Assembly (NCBI RefSeq): GCF_964204865.1
Contig: NC_135252.1
Coordinates: 15,500,001-15,564,000 of the forward strand
DNA length: 64,000 nucleotides
Direction: 5' to 3'
Origin: Styela clava
Lineage: Eukaryota
The position numbers and the translations under genes are program-made. Below the pieces are notes generated by a model. It ran no database searches, had not been told where the DNA came from, and was given only the letters and a program-made list of their open reading frames with translations. Positions 10,543 to 27,100 of this stretch are shown here, one piece after another. Every line of letters begins with the position of its first letter. Position 1 is the first letter of the stretch.

Positions 10543-13500
10543 ATGTCAGATGTTTTCATTCCTCGTGGTTATGTTTCAAAAACATTCTGGCCTGTTGAAA
10601 AGTCATCTATACCTTCTGAAAACTTGGATGAACCTGACCTAACTGAAATTGTAAGTACCTCAGTGTAATGACAGTATATTTTTATTCTCTGACAGACTGG
10701 TTATTTTCTGTGTTTACAATCTTTATAATGTTATGCTTCAAACTATCTCAATCGAGTTGCATTGATGTACAATGTTTACTTACAGTTCAAAAACCTAACT
10801 AGTGTAGAAGGGCTCACAGAAATTTTTCATAATCAATCATACATTTATACCTACTAATTTTTTCAATATGAGTGAAATCTAAAGCCAATTTATCAAATTT
10901 GAATAAATTAATGCTAGTCAATTCATGTTGGGACCAGGCATCTTTCAGGAAAAAATCGTAAATTTCTACTTTTTTAGGTTTAGATAAATTTTCCGAAAAA
11001 TATATCAATTTCAACCAAGTCAATTATATCTTTTTTTAATACCAGCAACCGTTCAGCGTGTATCATCTTGATCATCCCCATGTTATAAGAAAACGATCCG
11101 GACATTTTGGTGCTTCACCGCGGTGTCGTGCAAGTGCTACCGATTCTTTGGATCTCACTAGAAAAGTTTTACAGCCAGCAATCAACTATGATGTTGTGGA
11201 AGTGTTTAAGAAGTATATTTCGGTGTGCTATACATTTATTTTTTTAATCTCATTTTAAAATTTAAATGAGAAGATTAAGTTGTCAAATACAGTTGTCAGT
11301 TGTGATAAATTTTCATTGCCAAATATGATTTAACATACTGTTGGGCCATTTTCCCACAATTTGAATCAGTGGTAAACTGGGGGTCGTGAACAAATTTTTT
11401 GTGGCCGTGGAAGATTTTACTTTTGATGCCTAAATTAAAAATTGCTCATCAAATTATTATCGCCTGCATACGGATTTTTGTTGTAACATTGACTGTCGTA
11501 TGGCCTTTGTTTTGTAGTTGTAACTAGCATAAGTGAAAGCACATGTCAGTTTAATATTGTTTACTTGCCGAACATGCCTACCGTTAGTTGTAATTATCAA
11601 TTTGTTTATTTCGATTTTAAAATTCGGTATCAAAATGTTTGCGAAACGTAGGAAAGTTGTTGGGTCAAGCATTTTAAAGTGCTTGATTGGAAGACTATTT
11701 CCTCGTTGAGAATTATTCAAAACCTGTCTGTTTGATATGTCAAATCAAGTTATAAAGGAATTAAATGTCACCTCTTTCAATCATGCCAGGTTTTTCGGGA
11801 TGCGACAGAAAATATAGTGTCAAACATGCACACTGAGCCATTTACCTCATGTGCAACTTCTGATGAACTCAATGTTGAGAATATGGTAGGAATATTTACC
11901 TTTTTTATAATTGTCCATTAATTCGTTTCGTATAATAATTTTTTATTCAAGGTCTATATCAGTGAGACGGGATCATTTAATTTCTTTGTGGAAAAACTAT
12001 CTAGTTTTTTTATTGCACAATTTATTATCCGATATACTCAAATCTGAGCTTTTTGATACAAATATTGGCTTTTTATTCAATATGTTGTAAGACTAAACTT
12101 AAGATAACTTCTGAAAACCAGCAATGCAGTTGATAAGTACCAGCAGAAACATGAATTTTTCTTCCAATATAAACACAGTACATGAGCGATTCATAGAATT
12201 AATTCAGGTAGGGGGGATCATATCATATTCTATGCTGTATAATACTGAAATTTACGAACCCAATTTTTCTTCTTAGGTTTTTAAAGCTTGTTCTGATGCT
12301 CTTGAACATTGCAAATCATTATTTGACACCAGGACTCCTGTGAATCAACCAAAAAGTAAAATTGCTAAAATCCAGAATGCAGGTTCTGGAAAAGGGCAAC
12401 AACAGACATCTATAGGTAATTACAATGTCATTTTATATTATCACAGCTTTCGTTAATGGTGGGCTTTAACACTGGTTCTAAATCTTTAAAATCAATCAAA
12501 CAAAAAAAAATCATTATTTTGTCCTAAAATTAGTTAGTGTCAAAAAAGATTTTTCGCACAGGTAAGTGGAGTCAAATGTAAGAAGAGTAAGTATGGCTAC
12601 TTCTGACAATATTGGGTACCGCGACCCCCATTGATCACTTTTAAGACCCACCAGGGGGGTTTGGGATCCAATTTGAAGAGCCATGGTCTAAACTATTGTT
12701 TTATAAATTAAATTATTTTAGCGTCATCACTACCTGGATGGATGGTTATGAAGAGAGTGCCAAGTCCAGATTTTCCTTGGACAAAGGTAAAATTTAAAAT
12801 TATATTTATTCTAATTTACTTACATTTTAAAACTATTTACTCATTCTTTGATCATCACATTCGAGTAATTGGAATAGTTTTGATGGCTGATGACTGAATT
12901 TTCCAACTAAATGTAAAGCATATCTGCATATGCAAATAATAGTGACAATTTTGATGACCTTCCATCGTTGAGGTATTTGTCACTGAAGCTTTCTAGCATA
13001 TTAGAACAGAAACTTTCAATGTCATTCATCTAATGTTTCTATTGTGTTTATGCTAAAAAGCAATGTATTTTTGTCAACCATCCACCATATTAATAACTAA
13101 TGCGAAATAGATATTGTTTTGTAATTTTTCCTATATACGATAGCTAAACTGTCATGTTGTTTAGACAAAAATAGGTGATATGTTAATTAGTGTATACAAA
13201 AAGTACTGAACGTTTATTTAATTAAATGCTGGCCGGCTCAACATGGCATTGAAAGTGATTGAATATTTGCATTGTTGGAAAACAAGCATATTACATATTT
13301 AACTTTCCTCTTTACAGGGTGGACCAAACAAATGTTTTTGCCCACCCTGTATCATTCAATACATTTTGAAATGAATAGAAATTTATAAAATTTCAGAGAC
13401 TTGCAAAACACTCGCCAAGAAGATCACTCTCTCCAACTCCCAGATCAGCAGTGAGTAATTTAGGCAATTTTATTAACATACTGTGATATCACAATGACAT

Positions 13501-16012
13501 GGGAAAGGGGGTTTAGCGAAAATGGTATAAAATTCACTTTTTGCTATAATGAACAACATTTTCCAAAAATCTCTATTTTATATCTGTGTAATGAAAAAAT
13601 TGATCTGTTTGAATTATGGAATCAAATTTTTGTTACATATCTTTTATAACCCAATGTTATCTTTCTTCAAATCTACTTGAAAGATCCCATATTTTCTGAA
13701 TCTATGAAACCTAAGAAATTTTTTAAAGGGTTGCCTCAAATGAACTAAATGTGTATATTTTTATGGTGACAGAATAAGTTTTTGTAAATATATTACATTT
13801 AGAAAAGAGGCAAGGCAACTCCAAGAAGATATGGAAGCCCTCAACAGGGTGGAAGAGAACCACTTAGTCGTGATAATGTAAGTCATTTGATTCTGTCATG
13901 TTTAGGATAAGATTCACCGATACATATTTATCCTGGGAGAGAGGAGCGATTGACAAGACCAATCAAATGGCGAACCATAGCCTCTCGTCCAGTTACCAGT
14001 TCATGTTGGGTATGGGATTAGTTAGTCAGTTTTTTGTTTTAGATGCATGGACTTAGTGGAGAATGCCGTAACCGGCCAGCGGTTACGTGAACCACCCTAC
14101 GGCGGCGAGGAGTGCAACAATCCTTTCATAATTATCCTCCACGAAATTTGAACTTTCGATTGTGTTTGCATCTGAGGACATGTAACTTATACACGTTTGT
14201 GTTTTAAAGTGGGATCCAGATAAGCTGAATACTGATACCAAGTTCATAATGGGAACAAGAGCAAACAAGTAAGTTTTGCCTAAATTAATTACATTTTTAA
14301 ACTTTGGGGGAAATTTTAATGTTTAGATCTATTAAATTTTTGTTTACCAGTTTTTTTTCTGATCAACATTTTAGAATCTCTAAAATATTACAAATTATTT
14401 GTAGAAAAATGTTTGCATTTACTCGTACCCCTGACATATCTGTAACTGTATCTTGATAAAATTTTTCATTTCAGAGCGTTAGGACTTGGAGCAACCAGAG
14501 GTAGAATTTATATGAAGCATCCAGAATTATTCAAGGTATAACTGAATCATAAATCTCATAATTGATGATATTTTCGGAAATATAAGTTCATATAAATTAA
14601 GTGTCGTATAAATCCAATTTTCTTCATGCCTTTTGGCATTATGTATTATTCATTCCAAAAATTTACCAGCGTAGATGTGGAAAGAAATATGTTGCATCAA
14701 ACCATCAATCTTTTTTACATCTACAAACTATCATACTGATATACAACCATATTTTCAATAACCAGTTTTTCGTTTTGCAACATAATTTTTACCATTTAAA
14801 TATTTTCAGTATTCCAGTGACCCAGATGATAAAAAATGGATGGTGAAAAACAACTGTATGTTGGCTACGGGAGGAAAAAATGTAAGTAATGTTAAGCATA
14901 TCCTTCAAATCTGTCTTGAGATGGAAGCAGTTGCATTAACTTGTTTTTGTTTTTAGACATTTATCATGATTGCAGACAACATATTTGACCTGATAGATAA
15001 TGAATACAAGTATGTACTATTATAATTTTAGTTTAGATTATTATTACTGAATGAAATTAATGTTTACACAATTATGCATCATGGTTACCTATGTTCGATT
15101 GCAGAGATAGTCCACATATAATGAGAGAGGAATTACAAGTCTTTACTCTTCCTGAATTTATTCTGCAAAAAATGCGAGCACTTATGATCAAGGAAAAGAA
15201 ATTGACACAGAAACTGACAAGAAAGACTGCATCACCCGCTCCACCACGATCCGAGGTTTTAGTGGTAAAAGAAGGTAGTCATTTGCAACTATTTAAAGCC
15301 CTTACTCTCATTTTATTCATTTTCAAGTTTTCATTCAACAGATGACAAATTTCATTGTTTTTATTTGGAGAAATTAGGATACTCTTGTAGAGTACCAAGT
15401 TAGGGTTAAGGCATAATTTTATTCTGATTCCGGCCATAATTTTGTACCGATTTTCTCTATTTTAGTTTTATTACGATTCCGGAAACTGTCTGTTTGCCAA
15501 GTGAATATCCCCTTGCCCATAGGTTTCAGTCCCTTTACACAACTTGATGTAAAGTAGGCGAACAAAGTTAGTTACTTTTATATTGGTACACATATTTGTG
15601 GAACATCGAAATTAGGGCATTAAATTAGTTGTTTCACTTTGTTCTCTGACTTGCCACTGCATAAAATCCTATTTTATTATCTCGTTTGCAATGACGATAA
15701 TCATTTATCAATACACCTCAATAAAACCCATAATTTATATGGATCTCTTCAATTTATTATATCTTATTATCAGAACATACTTCGGTGAAGTCGTATCAAA
15801 ATCATCAACAACGTGTAGGTCAAACTTCACCTCGTCACTCTACAAGACCAGCAGCCGAGCGAGCTGCAGCTGCAATATGTGCATCATCAGAAGAGATGGA
15901 TGAAACTAGTAATGGAAGAGTTACATTCACTAGACAGTCTGATGCAGAAAGTTTATCTGGATATAGTGATTCAGAGCCAGATAGGACTGGACGTAGTCAT
16001 GCGACTGGCTAA
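10543..16012 (+). CDS. DNTTIP1: Deoxynucleotidyltransferase terminal-interacting protein 1 (MiDAC subunit), ~455 aa
   Basis: Exons: 10543-10650, 11046-11222, 11790-11885, 12277-12415, 12722-12786, 13397-13450, 13803-13877, 14210-14268, 14475-14535, 14810-14881, 14957-15009, 15105-15274, 15774-16012. Dimerisation region SLDLTRKVLQPAINYDVVEVFKKY...ACSDALEHCKSLF and C-terminal domain WDPDKLNTDTKFIMGTRANKALGLGATRGRIYMKHPELFKYSSDPDDKKW...ATGGK match the DNTTIP1 family. Confidence 0.92.
13903..14125 (-). mobile_element. SINE-family copy in a DNTTIP1 intron
   Basis: Longest minus-strand copy; its reverse complement matches the body of the copy at 36775-37014. Confidence 0.75.
15378..15607. mobile_element. 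Merlin-like MITE
   Basis: 8-bp TSD GAAATTAG (15370-15377, 15608-15615); degenerate TIRs related to the elements at 31846 and 59168. Confidence 0.6.
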
Positions 16013-16974
16013 TATTTTCAATTCGATTCAACTCAATGCGAGCCTTCTTTTTGCATAATATGTTTGAAAAACAATGGTATAGGTGTTTGAGAGGAGTAAT
16101 TTCTAATTTTGATTTGGACGGGTATGACTGAAAACTTTTAAGATAGGGCTTCATAAGGCAATAACTTTTATAAATCTTATGATTTGCTCAATTTTATTGT
16201 TGTTTTATTTTTTAACATTGTTCTCGATATTGTGAGCTAATTTTGTATGATTCTTGGATATTTTTCAGTAGCACATTAAGTGTAGAAACTGGAAGAAATA
16301 TAGGACCTAAATTTTTCATCCTGACGTTATGTGCCTCAAAAAAAAAAATTTGTTGAAATATTGGTAATGATGAAAATGCGAAATTCTCGATATGTACTTT
16401 ATATTTATATATGTTTTAACCAGTACTGTCTCCCAGTCTACGAGGAAATTGTGCAATTTATTACATTCAGCCGTGTTGTGATTTTCTGTAGAATTCATTC
16501 ACCAAAAATTTAATTAAGATTAGTGTTTGGCCGACTGTGAGGCAAGCTTATGCACTGCGGTTTGTGCGTGGTACTAAGCGTTATACCCGTTTACCATCGC
16601 GCGTCGGCATTAGCATTATGTGTCCGTCTATTCGAAATTTTGTTTTAAACTGGCGTCTATCAGTTGGCAAGGGTCATTGAATAGTAAACATGTGCTCCAT
16701 GCTCCGTCTTGTTAGTAGAGGAACGTGCCAGAGTTGCTAGCAGCAATTTGAACCATCTTATCGTACTTGCCCAGAGCAGGGAGAAGAATATGCCTCACGC
16801 TTGCGACGTGTATTGGATCTAATTTTTCTTGCTCATGGGAAAAGGTTAGGCGCAATTATTTGTTCAGCTGGGACTTTGACGGGCACCTACCGGATGGTCG
16901 TAAACATGAGATCTCATTCGGCGGCTATAAGTCCGGCATTTATAAATAATTGTACATAGCCAATACATAAATGT

Positions 16975-17180
16975 ACAATGTGGTTTATCACAGGTTTCAA
17001 ATCCGCGAGCTGCAGGGACGAATGTCCACCACGAATCGCCGTTGTTTAACTTTTTTCCACCCGAAATTAAGTGTCCCTGCTCGATAACCAGTCTTGGTGT
17101 CTCGCGCCTCCTTTCACCCTGAAGTACCATTTTACTTCATTTTTTGTATTTTTTATTCGCTATGGTGGAAAAATAAATTA
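16975..17180 (+). mobile_element. Probable 3' end of a non-LTR retroelement
   Basis: CTGCTCGATAACC...CGCGCCTCCTTTCAC followed by a T-rich tract and AATAAA; homologous in reverse to ~53420-53520. Confidence 0.4.
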
Positions 17181-20100
17181 CTGATTCATCAGATATGTCG
17201 TGTATGAGGAGAAATATAGAGGCTCATTATTTTTTTCAACCAAAATGCATATTCGAAGTGATAAAAAATTGAACAGAACTCATTTTGGTACAGACTGGGA
17301 GATGGCGATAGGACCAAAGACCATGGAAGTCAATCACCAATGATGTATCAAAAAATATCTGTCATGTCTATAACAATATCAGCTAAGAGTTGGGTGTAAC
17401 AGTTTCTGCGTCTGCGAGACTTCCTTCGAATTTCTTGGAAAAGTGCAAGAAACCTGAATTGGTCGCTTCTCAACTGTCAAGATACAAGTCTGGTCAGGTG
17501 TCGCACGATATCATGGAATGCCTGTCCAAAAAATTATCCGACTCGATACAGTAATTAGTACGGTAATAAAATGCAGACATGAGTCAACTCAAGACACAGT
17601 TATGTCTTTCTTTTTAGTAAGTGAACGTGGACAATTCCGGACTCCTGAATGAGATTCGGACCCAGCGAGGTTCGCGAAGGGACTGGAATTGAATGACGTC
17701 ATTTCATAGGCGTATTGGGTGTCTGAGGCCATCGTACTGTCGTACAGTCGTAAAGCAATGCCGGTGGGCTGCTGTTGAATTATTCTGTATATATGTGATA
17801 TTTCAGTATTTAGTCATAGTAAAACAGTTATTCATGTTTCAGTGTTTTGTAGTGCTAACATCCGAACATAAGGTACGGACTTGGTTACATGGTCTAGCTG
17901 TAAAGCGCACAAAACGATGTTTAATTACTGTTAAAATATTATCTTTAATTAATTATGTTTATGATACAGTGATTCTGTTGACTTTGGATAGAATTAAGGT
18001 ATAGGATAGAATTCACATAATTATCCTGGGGAGCTGATAAGACGGCTTAATTATTTGCCGAACCATAGGTCTGTAGGTAGTAGATACTTTATTTTGAAAA
18101 CTCCATAATACACACCAATTAAAAAGGGAGAATTCTGGAGAGCGGGCAAAGCCTTAAAACCGCCCACCAGCACACACACAAAAAAAAGTTACAAAAAATA
18201 AACAAACCCAATTAACCAGGCTAGGGTCAGAAATGACCAAACAAGAGATGCGCAAATGTATTGAACTTTTGGGCTATTATACTTTTAAAACACTCAAGCT
18301 AATACAGTACAGCAGTAATAATGACTAATTCAATCTGATACTGGTATACAGGTATATGCTGATATGCCTTAATTCAGTAATTTGAATGTCCTAAAAGGAT
18401 GGAAATATAAGTTCAATTTTCAATCTTTTCAGACTTACACCAGTACACTGATACAGCAATATCTGAATATACAGATATATGTTGTTATTTAAAGTACCAG
18501 TAATGTTTATTTTGTCCCATCCATCAATGATATTGCGATAAACCGAAGATCCTTGGCGTCAAATATAAACCTTGATCAACAGATAATATTATTTCCAATT
18601 CTCGAAAGTATTTTACAATATTATTTATTGATCATTACAAAATAAAACCCTTAACACCAGATTACTCTACAGCCCACAGTTTTCAGGTTTTAGTATTAGC
18701 ATCTCAGTATCAATACCAAAGTAAGAACTAACAGAAGGATGAATATCTTTCGAGATTTGATGAGGATTTTGAGAAGGATGAATATCTTTTGAGATTTGAT
18801 GTTGACTGTTTGTATGTTGATCCCTTTTAATGAACCATTATCCGCAATACCTTTCCATTGATTTTTTCTATTCTCTTTATATCTTGCAAATGTTCTGTTC
18901 CATACTGCAGACAGCTTCACTGAGAGATAAAAATGCATGTGAAATATTTTTAATTACCAGAATATTTTGTGTATGGATCAGAATATAGTCTACCATCTGT
19001 CAGTAAATTGTTTTTTGCAATCCATCCCTCTACAGCTCTATGAATGTAAAGGATGCTGTATTCTCATATTGTTGGCTATGCCATATAGGCTACAACTATC
19101 ATTGATTATTTTTGGCAAGAAAATGTTTTCATCAGAGCTGATGGATTTTATATAACATACATAGTTCAGTACTATGTTTGGCTTTGGTAAAGGTCTATGC
19201 TAAAATCTTCACACTAAAATGTCAAATTTGTTTAAATAGTTATAGTTACCTTACAGCTTGTATAGATGTGACTGAAAATTTAAAATGCTCACGTAAAACA
19301 TTCAAATCTTTTTGGCCTTGGAATTGAGAAAAACCGGTGTAATGAATTCCCATATTTGAAATCACTGCATTATTGGTCATTTTGACCAGTTGAGACCACT
19401 GTTTATGGCTTTCCTCATGCTGCTCTTAGAAATGCAAGGCATAAAAGCAGTAATTCTAATTAAATAAACTTTTATGTTCATAACCTAATTGACTTTGCTT
19501 GGATTTAAATTAAAACAGTATAATAATAATATTGTGCCTAAGCTATAGCTGTGCTAAATAAGTTCTATAACAAACTATAAACAACTTCTTTAACGAAGAT
19601 ATATATAAATAACTCAAAACAAGCATGATTTTCCAAAATTTACTTATGTAATATCTAGACTCTGCTTATCTGATTTAAAATCTCTCTGCGAATGGTGGTG
19701 CTATTTTATAATTTAGTTTCCAGAAACTAAAAATTGTTTATGTACTATTATAGTTGCGATTGAATTGATTAGAATGAGTCATTATGAATTGTTTTAGCTA
19801 GATTTATTGTTTTGCTTGAAGTGAATGTGTGAAATGTCCCATGAAAAGCTCACCAAATTTTTAAGAAAAGGATTAAATAGGAAGATTGTTAGTTAGACTG
19901 ACAAGAGTTGTAAACTCTGAAACTTGTTAGTGAAAACTGTAGTGTATGCTCCCATTTGTTGAGATGGAATTATTTTTGCTGTGGAGGAATTATACAGCCT
20001 TATCAAACTCTTTACAGTTAGTATAGTGAGTCATTGACCTAAATTTATAACCCATTTATGCATTTGAATCATAAATAGAGATTTGAAGTTGTGCATACTC

Positions 20101-20342
20101 ATATTCTGGGATATATTTTACTTTAGTTGAAAAAATGTTCATCGTAAATTCAATAAACAAACAAATATTCTATCCCATTGTTCTGTACATTCAAGAACAT
20201 TTTATATACATATTGATGTTAATTACATATTGGAATTAGGTTGATAATATAGACAATTTAAAAATATAGCAGTATTGATATCAGTATTGGCAATAAAGTG
20301 ATATCGGCACATCTTTAGTTTTCAACATGCTAAGCTCGGGAC

Positions 20343-20770
20343 GGGTCTCGTGTAGTTTCGTACCTAACGTACTTCTAGTGGGTGTAGCATAACATTTTTT
20401 TGACATGTCAATCCTAACCCTCACCTGACTACGCCATCCAAAAATTACGTCACTACGTCGTCACAATCCCGTCATAGAGCTTGCCAAATACTCGTACGAT
20501 TGCCCGAAATGACATCGGCGCCGACGATAAAGAGCTGACTAACGTCAGCGATCTCTCTCCTATCGGGATCGTTGCGACGAGAAAACGAGAGAAATAGCTG
20601 TTCGATTTCGGGTTCTCGTCTGCGCGTCTTGAATGACGGTTCGCATAGTTTGAAGGGCTCTATTACGTCGTAGTGACGTAGTTTTTGGATGGTGTGGTCA
20701 GGTGGGGGTTAGGATTGACACGTGAAAAAATTGTTATGCTACGCCTACGTTAGGTAAGTTAGGTACGAAA
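20343..20770. mobile_element. Foldback MITE with ~100-bp imperfect TIRs (Merlin-like)
   Basis: Arms ~20354-20460 and ~20666-20772 are inverted repeats; 8-bp direct repeat CTCGGGAC at 20335-20342 and 20771-20778; GG at the left terminus. Confidence 0.75.
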
Positions 20771-20866
20771 CTCGGGACAGTATAAGAATGATCAAAGATT
20801 TTGAATACAACTCCTGTATGGAATAATTGTCGTTTCGTCGTACAATTTCATTGCTCAGGAATTAGA

Positions 20867-21010
20867 ATAGGATTTACATATTTATCCCAGAGTAGAGGAA
20901 AGTCGATTAAAAGGCTTAATCATATGTCAAACCATGGCCCCTCGTCCTGTTACCGATCCATGTTGGGTATGGGAGTAGTTGGCCAGTTATTTGTTTTCAT
21001 ATGCATGGAC
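20867..21010 (-). mobile_element. SINE-family copy
   Basis: Aligns with the copies at 2641 and 13903 (CCATG...TGTTGGGTATGGGA...ATGCATGGAC). Confidence 0.7.
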
Positions 21011-21305
21011 AATGCCTTAGCCTGAACATGGCTCTGAACAAGTAACTCTTCTGATATAAGGTGATATTATTGATGAAAACACTGGAATACAGTACAGTAC
21101 AGTAATGCTCCACCTAGTCAATGATAAATATAACAATTGACATGGCAAGTATTTGATTGATTCTGAATATTTAACAACTGCACTTTTTATACAATTTTAC
21201 CAGGTTTTTGTGGAAGTTATTGCATTGGATTATTTTTTGTCAAGCCTGTTATCTTATTATATAATTTGAAAGGGAGGTTTCCCTAATTACACCTCCATAT
21301 GAAAT

Positions 21306-24117
<2,812 letters not shown>

Positions 24118-27100
24118 TGAGATTGGTTATTCGCCGAATTATATATAAAATCTGGTTTCTGGGCCCCAATTATCACCATATGTGCCCCAGTTGTCAGAAG
24201 CTGACTATATTATTGAATAACCCAAAATATTATTACAGTGGAGTAAAAATATTAGAAAAATATCACAGTGGAGTTGGAGGTATGGTTGAAAGAGCCATTT
24301 AAATGATATTAGGTCTTTTAATATAAGAAACATCAATTCTTTTCACTCAATTTCTATATTATATTATTTCAAAATCAGTACCCTGGGGTTTGCCACATGT
24401 TATAACTGCATAAAGTAACAGATATAATTCATTATTCAACACATAGAAAGTTGCATACACATTGTATCAAAAATAGAACCTGACGCTGGAAACATAATTT
24501 GATAATGCTTATTGACCAGCTCACACTCATAGAAAAATCATGTCTATACAATGCAGTTTGTAGTGTATTTATAGAATGGAGACTTAATTCATGAAGCTCC
24601 AGTGCTTTTTTTCATCATCGATTACTATATTTTCAACTTTTTCTAATTGATTTGTCTCTAACTATACATTTCTCATAAGACGACATTCTCCTAATAAACG
24701 AATTATCTTTGCTGGGAAGTGCTTTAAATATTCAAAAAAACACATCTTATTGTTGTAGATCAGAGTACTTGAAAAACACCTAAATTAAAGAATTTATTAT
24801 ATATGTCTTGTGTTTAAAAAAAAAATCTAAGCCATAATTGTAAGGTTGTTTAAATAATATGGTTCAAATCAAACCAAAAAACAGCTATTGACGGAGAGAC
24901 GGTTATTTGTTTTGGGGTCTTTATTCCTAGAAGTTGAGACAGCCGTATTCATAGCCATTGTCATAGCAAGAAAGCAGTACTGTCACCCACTGTTTTCAAT
25001 GCATCAGCCTTTTAATCAGCCATCACAATTACTCAGCTGTATTCATAGTAGAAATTCATGAACTTTGGCTTTTAATAAATGTCTGTTTGTACTTCGAAAT
25101 CATGCATAGTGTCTAAATCTAAAGAATTAGTATTGATTACAAAAACAGACATGATATATTATGTATTACTATTCCATTTCATTTGACAAGGGTATTTATT
25201 ATTACTCATTCAACTGCATTTGATTGGCATTTTGGTGTAATCATTATTAGCGAAATTATGGATGCCCTTGTGTTTTGTAACTATACAGAGAATGGTTAGT
25301 ATACAAATTGACTATTTTGAGTTTAAAAAAACATGGTCTTTATATGTAGAGGGATGTTCAATTAGATTTCAATGCTAAGAATTACCTAATTCTGAATGAA
25401 AATTCTTATTGAGTTGTGAGCATATACTCATGCTGAAATTCATGGAGAAAAAATATTATAGTCAATTTTTATTATGGTTCTGTCAAGCTCAACTTCAATT
25501 AACAGCAACAATAGTTAAAATACATTTTACAAAATTTTTCTTGACTGATGTCAATAATTTATGTGTCTCTTTTAATTGCTCTGAGACATCTAAATGGTGT
25601 GTACCATTGGTCATCTCTATTATTATCATGGATAATACCTGAAATTTTGAAATGTCAATCCAAATTATGCTATTTGAGTATGAGTAAGTACTGAAAAGTC
25701 TCTCTCATATCATTCCGTACCAACTTAGCCATACCTTGACCAGCTTGTAGGTTTGTAGGCTAGTTAATAAAGTACACATAAGACTATGAGTTGACGATTG
25801 ATTAATCTAAAAAACGTACAAGGTTTTAGTCATTGGTCTGGTAGCAAATTCACAGTTTATCAATCGTAAATAATGTTATTCGTTTATTGAATTAATATTT
25901 ATGCATGTTTAAATTTACCTACCATATCGTATATTGAAAGTATCTATTGTATGATATGCAAAATGAAGGAGTTTAAATTTTAACGTGAAGCTCAGCAGAT
26001 AATTATAAAATGTTAGATACAGTTTTCAGCGATAATTTTTCTTATAACTTATTATAAAATTAGTGTAATCAACGTATAAGTACCGGTTATGAAATATTGC
26101 ATATTGTCATGATTTATTATCCGTTATGTAAACTTCGCATTTTCTTGTAAAGAGTTATTCACTTCTAATTCATGCATACATAGGATTATGATATCCCATT
26201 GTGGCTTTTCATCGATATCGTTTCTGACTATATTTAATTCGTCAAGCCTCAACAAACTAAATCGATAAAATGAATATTCTATTTGATCATATATTCGTGA
26301 TATTTCGGTATATATCACACGCAAAGCCATACAAATATAATGTTAGATGACGCTGAACAAGTGTTGAAAAGTGATTTGTTTTCAGCCTTGTTAAAAACAA
26401 TTTATTATACATTACTTTCCCAATTGGCTATAGGCTATGTATAGAGGAACAAATATGGAGTTGTCTGTATATCTTTTTAATAGCATTTCAGTGCATAAAT
26501 TCAACCAATCTTTAAGGCTCTGATCTGGTAAAAGTCACGATCTCCTCTCCTTGGTAGTTGAATTTTTATTGTCCATGTGCTCATACTTTCATATTTGTCT
26601 CATGAAATCTCACACAATTTAATTCATTTCTTACAAATGAATATCATAAGATTCACTCAAATGCTTGTTCAATGCAAAATAAACAGCTGCTTCAATTAAA
26701 AGTGATGATCTCAACTAATATTGAAATGTCTATTGGGAAATTTTTACTCCTGTAAAAATATGTTTTGTAAATTGTCTAAGAGCAAATAACGAGTAATACT
26801 TGAATCCATCTCGCTGTTTTTGTTCAGATTTTCAACATTCATGACATATAAATTATGGCCACAGGTATTCAAATGGAAAAAGGGGCATAATAATGAAACT
26901 TACAAACATGAAAATGAATTATGTCATGGCTTAAGCTATTTGATTTAACTTAACAATTCCATTTGAACCTCAATGATGAGGAAGATTCATACCAACAATT
27001 GTTTAACACATTCTCCAGTGATTTATTGGATTGTATTTGCATGTGTGACATATGATTCTTATTGATATGCATATTTGGAAGACATTTAGAAACATGTATA

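Noticed and set aside
17260-17560. Open stretch ELGVTVSASARLPSNFLEKCKKPE...
   Set aside because: No start, splice context or recognisable family; possibly transposon debris.
18733-18801. 30-bp direct repeat with a 39-bp period
   Set aside because: Only two units; a simple local duplication, not an array.
25690-25720. YERDF on the minus strand as TIR-domain box 2 of the LRR pseudogene
   Set aside because: No other TIR boxes nearby.
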